Positions 58,656 to 64,000 of a DNA stretch of 64,000 bases are shown in pieces (the first letter of the stretch is position 1; every line of letters begins with the position of its first letter). The stretch is from an uncultured Clostridia bacterium. Lineage in GTDB: Bacteria; Bacillota; Clostridia; Oscillospirales; Ruminococcaceae. Location: positions 6,973 through 70,972 of the forward strand of contig CALWZB010000077.1 of NCBI GenBank assembly GCA_944385915.1, in the 5' to 3' direction. A program made the position numbers and the translations under genes. A model generated the notes under the pieces. That model was not told the DNA's origin. It made no database searches and saw only the letters and a list, made by a program, of their open reading frames with translations.

Positions 58656-58691
58656 CAAAAAGGGTATCGGGAGGAAATTTTAAAAAAAGTG

Positions 58692-58720
58692 TTGACAAAT
58701 GGCAGACACTATGCTAAAAT
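58692..58720 (+). promoter_or_regulatory. Consensus promoter of the tRNA pair
   Basis: TTGACA (58692-58697), a 17-nt spacer and TAAAAT (58715-58720). Confidence 0.65.
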
Positions 58721-58763
58721 AACTCTCGTTCCACCATCGTCTGTCTATGAGGGAACTGTAAAC

Positions 58764-58840
58764 GGCGGTATAGCTCAGCTGGCTAGAGCATTCGGTTCAT
58801 ACCCGAAAGGTCGTGGGTTCAAGTCCAACTGCCGCTACCA
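58764..58840 (+). tRNA. tRNA-Met (elongator type, anticodon CAT), CCA encoded
   Basis: GGCGGTA acceptor stem, GCTC/GAGC D stem and a TTCATAC anticodon loop. The T arm has one G-A mismatch and the sequence ends ACCA. tRNA-Ile2 (CAT plus lysidine) cannot be excluded. Confidence 0.85.
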
Positions 58841-58843
58841 ACC

Positions 58844-58918
58844 GGCCCGTTGGTCAAGAGGTTAAGACACCGCCCTTTCACGGCGGTATCGCGAGTTCGA
58901 TTCTCGCACGGGTCACCA
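58844..58918 (+). tRNA. tRNA-Glu (anticodon TTC), CCA encoded
   Basis: GGCCCGT/ACGGGTC acceptor stem, CCGCC-CTTTCAC-GGCGG anticodon arm and a GTTCGATT T loop. Confidence 0.9.
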
Positions 58919-58955
58919 AAAACGGTTCTGTCGAAACGATAGAACCGTTTTTCTT
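58919..58955 (+). terminator. Rho-independent terminator of the tRNA operon
   Basis: AACGGTTCT-11 nt-AGAACCGTT hairpin followed by TTTTT. Confidence 0.8.
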
Positions 58956-59002
58956 TTCTCTTTTTTGCGAAATAACAACGGCAAACATAGAAGGGAAGCT
59001 AT

Positions 59003-60373
59003 ATGAACGATTTTTCTTCGCTCCGGGAGCGTTATCCCCTCTTTTTATACCGGGATTATACCATTGGGGAAACAGAAACGGAAATCACCTTTTCCTATCA
59101 TTTTTCGGTGCCGGGACTTTCGGATTTTCACCCCGGCTGGAGACTTCAAAAAAACGGACGGGAAACGCTGAAAACCGACTCCCCACTCTTTCGGAAGCTG
59201 GTATTTTCTCTGGGAATGGTAGAGCTTATCAGCTATTGGAAGATCGCCTGCCCCAAAGAGGTAAAGGTCTGCTGCGGCGCTTTGACCAAAGACCAGGTCT
59301 CCTGGTGGAAAAAGCAGTATTTCTACGGCTTGGGAGAGTTTTTTTACCGCAACGGCATAAAAACCGATGAGGAAAGCTTTATGGAGCTTACCGGCGAAGG
59401 GGAGACCCTGGATACCAAACCCCTTTCCCATCTTCGCGGGGCGCTGATTCCCATAGGCGGCGGGAAGGATTCCATCGTGACGCTGGATCTGTTAAAGGAT
59501 TTTGCCGGGGAAAACGACTGTTATCTTTTGAATCCCCGGGGAGCCATGACCGGTACCGCCGAGGCGTTCGGCTTTTTTTCCGACCGCCAGATCTCGCCTT
59601 TGCGTACACTGGACCCCAATATGCTTCGCCTGAACAAAGAGGGCTTTTTAAACGGCCATACCCCCTTTTCCGCCATTTTGGCGTTCAGCGGCCTTTTGTT
59701 TTGCGCTTTGTACGGAAAGGCATGTCTTATCCTTTCCAACGAGGGCAGCGCCAACGAAGCTACCGTCGGGGGAAGCGAAGTCAACCACCAGTATTCCAAG
59801 AGCTTTCAGTTTGAAAAGGATTTTTGCGACTACGAAAAGGCCTATCTCGGTACCGGGATCCAGTATTTCAGCCTGTTGAGACCGTGGAGCGAGCTTCAGA
59901 TCGCCCGGCATTTTGCCACTTTGCCCAAGCTGTTTTCGGTGTTCAAAAGCTGCAACGCGGGAAGTAAAACCGATCGCTGGTGCGGCTACTGTTCCAAATG
60001 CCTTTTCGTTTTTATCATCCTTTCCCCTTTTCTTTCTACTAAAGCCCTGCTTAATATTTTTCAAAGAAATCTTTTGGAGGATGAAACCCTTCTCACCGAT
60101 TTTGAGGGATTGGTGGGGTTGCTTCCCGAAAAGCCTTTTGAGTGTGTGGGAAGCATTGACGAGATTAATACCGCCATCTGTCTTGCGATAGGGCGGATGA
60201 AACGGGAGGGGGAACCTCTTCCGAAGCTGTATCAAAAGTATATTTCAACGGAATTATACCATCAGTATTCCCGGCGGTCCAACCCGTATCCCCATGCTTT
60301 TCAAGAGGAGCATTTGATCCCGGAAAAATATCTTTCGGCGATCAAAGAGGCTACCCGGCGGGAAATCTGGTAG
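59003..60373 (+). CDS. PP-loop-type ATP-utilising protein of unknown function; candidate MurL-like UDP-MurNAc-L-Ala-L-Glu epimerase
   Basis: 456 aa. IPIGGGKDSIV is a PP-loop SGGxDS-like motif and the C-terminal region contains CGYCSKC. The gene lies 10 nt upstream of a MurD-type ligase, and the pair forms an isolated two-gene unit. Confidence 0.4.
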   Translation: MNDFSSLRERYPLFLYRDYTIGETETEITFSYHFSVPGLSDFHPGWRLQKNGRETLKTDSPLFRKLVFSLGMVELISYWKIACPKEVKVCCGALTKDQVSWWKKQYFYGLGEFFYRNGIKTDEESFMELTGEGETLDTKPLSHLRGALIPIGGGKDSIVTLDLLKDFAGENDCYLLNPRGAMTGTAEAFGFFSDRQISPLRTLDPNMLRLNKEGFLNGHTPFSAILAFSGLLFCALYGKACLILSNEGSANEATVGGSEVNHQYSKSFQFEKDFCDYEKAYLGTGIQYFSLLRPWSELQIARHFATLPKLFSVFKSCNAGSKTDRWCGYCSKCLFVFIILSPFLSTKALLNIFQRNLLEDETLLTDFEGLVGLLPEKPFECVGSIDEINTAICLAIGRMKREGEPLPKLYQKYISTELYHQYSRRSNPYPHAFQEEHLIPEKYLSAIKEATRREIW

Positions 60374-60383
60374 GAGGGTCAAA

Positions 60384-61706
60384 ATGGAACGACTCATTCG
60401 TTTTTTAGAGGATAAAAACATTCTGGTTTTAGGATATGGACGGGAAGGAAAAGCGACCTGTCAGTGGATCCAAAAGCATTTGCCGGGAAAGGAGATCACC
60501 GTGGCGGACCTTTCCCCTCAGCAGTTAGAGGGAGAAAATCTTCGCGGCATTTTTGGCGAGGAGTACCAAAAGACCCTTTTGGACTATGATCTCATCATCA
60601 AAAGCCCGGGGATCGTGCTGGAAAATAAAAGCAAAGAGGTTATCAGCCGGATCACCTCCCAAACCGAGCTGTTTTTGTCTTTATTTCGCAATCAGGTGAT
60701 CGGCATCACCGGCACCAAGGGCAAAAGCACCACCTCGGCGCTTACAGCCCATATTTTTAGGGAAAGCGGTTTCGACACCCTGCTTTTGGGGAATATCGGC
60801 ATTCCCGCTTTCAGCAAAATGGATGAGATCCACGAGGATACGGTGATCGTCTATGAGCTTTCCTGCCATCAGCTGGAGTATACCAGGATCTCGCCTCATA
60901 TCGGCGTGCTTTTGAATCTGTATGAGGAGCATCTCGACCATTACGGGACTTTCGAAAATTATAAAAACGCCAAAGCAAACCTTTATCGGAATCAAAAGGA
61001 GGGGGACTATCTTTTCTGCTTTGAGGAATGCCTTCCGAAGAAAAATGAAACCAGAGCGACGGTGATCCCCTTTGGACCTCATGGCATCCTTCAAATCGAG
61101 GAGGATGAGGTGTCCTATCGACGGACCACTTTGATGATCGGAGAGGCGGAAACGCATCTCAAGGGGAGACACAACCTCAACAACATTGGCGTTGCGTACG
61201 CCCTCGCCAAGGAGTACGGCATTTCCGACGAGGATTTTCTAAAGGGCCTTTCTACCTTCGCGCCCCTTCCCCACCGTCTCCAGGATATTGGCACCTACGA
61301 TGGGATCACCTATTACGACGACTCCATCTCCACCATTGGTCAGACTGCCATCCGGGCGATGCAGGCGCTACAAAACGTGGGCAGCGTCTTGATCGGCGGC
61401 ATGGAACGGGGGATCGATTACAGCGATCTGGAGGAATACTTTTTTGAAAGCGACGTACCTGTCTGGATCTTTATGCCCGACAGCGGACACCGCATCGCCG
61501 AGGAACTGAGCAAAAAAAGAGACCGCGCGCCGCAAAAGGAGATCTTTTTGGCGAAGGATCTCAAAGACGCCGTCAGGATCGCCAAGGAAAAAACCGAAAA
61601 AGGCACCATCTGCCTTCTTTCTCCCGCTGCCGCCAGCTATGGCTTTTTCAAGGATTTTGAACAGCGCGGAGACGCGTTTGCCCGGTATGTCCGGGGGGAA
61701 GAATGA
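60384..61706 (+). CDS. murD: MurD-type UDP-N-acetylmuramoyl-L-alanine--glutamate ligase (MurD or MurD2 paralog)
   Basis: N-terminal Rossmann segment ILVLGYGREGKA, GITGTKGKSTT P-loop and LNLYEEHLD. 440 aa, and not in a dcw context. Confidence 0.75.
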   Translation: MERLIRFLEDKNILVLGYGREGKATCQWIQKHLPGKEITVADLSPQQLEGENLRGIFGEEYQKTLLDYDLIIKSPGIVLENKSKEVISRITSQTELFLSLFRNQVIGITGTKGKSTTSALTAHIFRESGFDTLLLGNIGIPAFSKMDEIHEDTVIVYELSCHQLEYTRISPHIGVLLNLYEEHLDHYGTFENYKNAKANLYRNQKEGDYLFCFEECLPKKNETRATVIPFGPHGILQIEEDEVSYRRTTLMIGEAETHLKGRHNLNNIGVAYALAKEYGISDEDFLKGLSTFAPLPHRLQDIGTYDGITYYDDSISTIGQTAIRAMQALQNVGSVLIGGMERGIDYSDLEEYFFESDVPVWIFMPDSGHRIAEELSKKRDRAPQKEIFLAKDLKDAVRIAKEKTEKGTICLLSPAAASYGFFKDFEQRGDAFARYVRGEE

Positions 61707-61716
61707 TCTGTTTTTC

Positions 61717-61745
61717 ACCGCTCCTTCGGGGGCGGTTTTGTTTTG
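61717..61745 (+). terminator. Rho-independent terminator after the murD-like gene
   Basis: ACCGCTCC-TTCG-GGGGCGGT stem with a UUCG tetraloop, followed by TTTTGTTTTG. Confidence 0.85.
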
Positions 61746-61807
61746 CGGGAAGGTGCATACTTTTTTGGTGGTTTCCTATACTGAAAGGGAAAAGGGTTTT
61801 GCGTAGC

Positions 61808-61836
61808 TTGACAGATATCCAAAAAGAAGGTACAAT
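61808..61836 (+). promoter_or_regulatory. Near-consensus promoter upstream of RNase J
   Basis: TTGACA (61808-61813), a 17-nt spacer and TACAAT (61831-61836). This implies a leader of about 205 nt. Confidence 0.6.
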
Positions 61837-62047
61837 AGCCTTAACATCGGCAAGTTTTGCCATTTGTCCGGCTCAAAGGGGTTATCCCGTAAGGTATAGA
61901 TCGAAATGGAAGATCCAGTGGGCGCCGCCAGGCACGGCATATGCTGGCAGGCAGACTGGAAACAAGTAAGCAGCCAAAGAAAACCGGAACGGAATATTTC
62001 CTTCCGCTTGGATTTGTGTTGCCAATTATAGAAAAAAGGAAGGTTAT

Positions 62048-63964
62048 ATGGCAGAAAAAAACAAAGAACCAAAGATCATTGACGCCACATTAGGCGGTCA
62101 GGGAGAAGGGAACCATTTCGTTCCCTATCGGAAAAATACCAGAAAGACGCCGGCGCTGTCTTCCCGGTCAAAGACACCGAAGCCCAAAGGGGAAAAGGCA
62201 AAGGAAGAGAAACCGAAAGCGCCGTTAAGTGAAGGAAAAAAGGAAGGGGCGAGGAAACGAACGGCTTCCAAAACCCCGAGAGGATCAAAAGGCGGGAAGA
62301 AAAAACTCCCCACCATCAAGATCATCCCCTTAGGGGGCTTAAACGAGATCGGAAAAAACCTTACGGTATATGAATACGGAAACGACATCATTTTAATAGA
62401 CTGCGGCATGACCTTTCCCGACGCCGATATGCTGGGCGTGGATCTGGTCATACCCGATTTTACCTATCTGGAGAAAAACGCGTCCAAGATCCGAGGCCTT
62501 TTGGTGACCCATGGCCACGAGGATCACATCGGCGCCATCCCCTATCTGTTAAAGAAGATCAACGTCCCTATTTACGGCTCCAGACTGACGTTAGGGCTTA
62601 TAGAGGGGAAATTAAAAGAGCATGGCCTTTTGCGGAGCACCGAGATGCATGTGGTGACGGCGGGGCAGAAGGTGACACTTGGCTGTTTTACCGTCGAGTT
62701 TATCCGGGTGAACCACTCCATCCCCGACGCGATGGCCATGGCAATCGAGACGCCGGTGGGCGTAGTGGTACAAACCGGCGACTTTAAGATCGATTATACC
62801 CCTATCGAGGGGGAGATGATCGACCTTGCCCGGTTTGCCGAGCTGGGAGAAAAAGGGGTTTTGTGCCTTCTTTCCGAATCCACCAACGTGGAGCGCCCCG
62901 GGTTTACCCCCAGTGAGAAAACGGTGGGCGCCACCTTTGAAAACCTCTTTGAACAGGCGGGAAGCCGAAGGATCATCATCGCCACTTTTTCCTCCAACAT
63001 CCACCGGGTGCAGCAGATCATCAACATCGCCGCCCGGACGGGAAGAAAGGTAGCGGTGTCCGGAAGAAGTATGGTCAATGTGGTGACCAAAGCGGTGGAG
63101 CTTGGGTATTTGAAGGTACCTAAGGATGTTTTGATCGACGAAAACAACATCAACCGGTATTCCAACGACCGGCTGGTGCTGGTGACCACCGGAAGCCAGG
63201 GAGAGCCGTTAAGCGCCCTGTCCCGGATGGCGTCAGGGGAGCATCGGAAATTCTCGGTGACCGCCGACGATTATATCATCATTTCCGCCACCCCTATTCC
63301 CGGAAATGAAAAGCATGTCAACCGGGTCATCAACGATCTTCTGCGGCTGGGCGCCGAGGTCATCTACAGCTCTATGTACGACGTCCATGTTTCGGGGCAC
63401 GCATGTCAGATGGAGCTAAAAACCATGCTTTCGCTGGTCAAACCTAAATTCTTTATCCCGATCCATGGCGAATATAAGCATCTGAGCCGCCATGCCGCTT
63501 TGGCGCAGGATATGGGGCTAAGCCCCGATCACACTCTCGTCGCCGATATCGGTCAGGTTATTGAGCTGAGCACCGAGCAGATGAAGGTCACCGGCAACGT
63601 GGAAGCGGGAAGAGTGTTCGTCGACGGCTACGGCGTAGGCGATGTGGGAAGCGTGGTGCTCCGGGACCGGAAGAACCTGGCCCAGGACGGCATCATTATT
63701 GTGGTGACCACCATCGAAAGCGAGACGGGAACGGTAGTTGCCGGGCCGGATATCGTTTCGAGAGGGTTTGTATATGTAAGAGAGTCAGAAGAACTGATGG
63801 AGGAAGCCCGAAAACTGGTGCGGCAGGTGTTAAACGAATGTACCGGAAGAAAGGTCAAAGAGTGGAGCGTTATGAAAAACGCGGTGAAGGACCGGCTTTC
63901 TTCCTATATCTACAAGAAGACCAAGCGGGATCCTGTGGTGCTTCCCATTATTATGGAGATCTGA
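62048..63964 (+). CDS. rnj: Ribonuclease J with an approximately 85-aa Lys-rich N-terminal extension
   Basis: The core begins IKIIPLGGLNEIGKN. It carries the metallo-beta-lactamase motif THGHEDHIGA and a beta-CASP domain. The RBS AAAGGAAGG precedes ATG 62048. Confidence 0.9.
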   Translation: MAEKNKEPKIIDATLGGQGEGNHFVPYRKNTRKTPALSSRSKTPKPKGEKAKEEKPKAPLSEGKKEGARKRTASKTPRGSKGGKKKLPTIKIIPLGGLNEIGKNLTVYEYGNDIILIDCGMTFPDADMLGVDLVIPDFTYLEKNASKIRGLLVTHGHEDHIGAIPYLLKKINVPIYGSRLTLGLIEGKLKEHGLLRSTEMHVVTAGQKVTLGCFTVEFIRVNHSIPDAMAMAIETPVGVVVQTGDFKIDYTPIEGEMIDLARFAELGEKGVLCLLSESTNVERPGFTPSEKTVGATFENLFEQAGSRRIIIATFSSNIHRVQQIINIAARTGRKVAVSGRSMVNVVTKAVELGYLKVPKDVLIDENNINRYSNDRLVLVTTGSQGEPLSALSRMASGEHRKFSVTADDYIIISATPIPGNEKHVNRVINDLLRLGAEVIYSSMYDVHVSGHACQMELKTMLSLVKPKFFIPIHGEYKHLSRHAALAQDMGLSPDHTLVADIGQVIELSTEQMKVTGNVEAGRVFVDGYGVGDVGSVVLRDRKNLAQDGIIIVVTTIESETGTVVAGPDIVSRGFVYVRESEELMEEARKLVRQVLNECTGRKVKEWSVMKNAVKDRLSSYIYKKTKRDPVVLPIIMEI

Positions 63965-64000
63965 TTCATTTTGACAGAAAAGGAGGGATTGGATGAAAAA

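Noticed and set aside
61930-61995. An SRP-RNA-like string (GGAAACAAGTAAGCAGCCAAAG) in the rnj leader.
   Set aside because: There is no closing helix around a GGAA tetraloop, and the symmetric and asymmetric loop context of SRP domain IV is absent. The resemblance is limited to AGCAGCCAA.

Overview
This window is the replication-origin neighbourhood of a moderately GC-rich Firmicutes (Clostridia-like) chromosome. All product calls come from reading motifs in the supplied translations; no database search was possible.

**Gene content**
- **Origin core (30.4-45.8 kb on the minus strand, 46.2-64 kb on the plus strand):** amt-PII, a class B PBP, acyl-ACP thioesterase, serS, parB, parA, noc, rsmG, mnmG, mnmE, jag, yidC, yidD, rnpA and rpmH, then dnaA, dnaN, yaaA, recF, DUF370, gyrB, a YcxB-like gene, gyrA, ogt, a LUD-domain gene, a polysaccharide deacetylase, rsmA, tRNA-Met, tRNA-Glu, a PP-loop protein, a MurD-type ligase and RNase J. 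The two sides diverge from the dnaA region.
- **Left of the core, a 16-kb plus-strand block:** two esterases, ybaK, a metallophosphoesterase, zapA, a U32 protein, dut, DUF4321, maf, mreBCD, PBP2, a MinD-like ATPase, mgsA, hisS and aspS.
- **Further left:** a B12/radical-SAM gene, a sigma/anti-sigma pair, two rubrerythrins plus a desulforedoxin-domain protein, an XRE regulator, an iorA-iorB-paaK cluster, a MATE transporter and a DEDDh exonuclease.

I saw no transposase, integrase, phage gene, CRISPR array, rRNA or recognisable defence system. The window looks like core housekeeping DNA.

**Items worth a second look**
- A frameshifted iorB.
- A PP-loop protein paired with an extra MurD-like ligase, a candidate MurL/MurD2 route.
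- A well-formed origin unwinding module with CTA/TTA trinucleotide repeats, but only degenerate DnaA boxes, in the dnaA-dnaN spacer, next to a roughly 110-nt polypyrimidine tract.
- Two identical perfect parS palindromes.
- A desulforedoxin-domain fusion protein co-transcribed with a reverse rubrerythrin, behind a Fur/PerR-like operator.
- An Amt-PII fusion gene whose leader starts with a terminator-like hairpin.
- An orphan MinD-like ATPase.
- A PBP with KTA in place of KTG.

None of these is demonstrably a new system from sequence alone.
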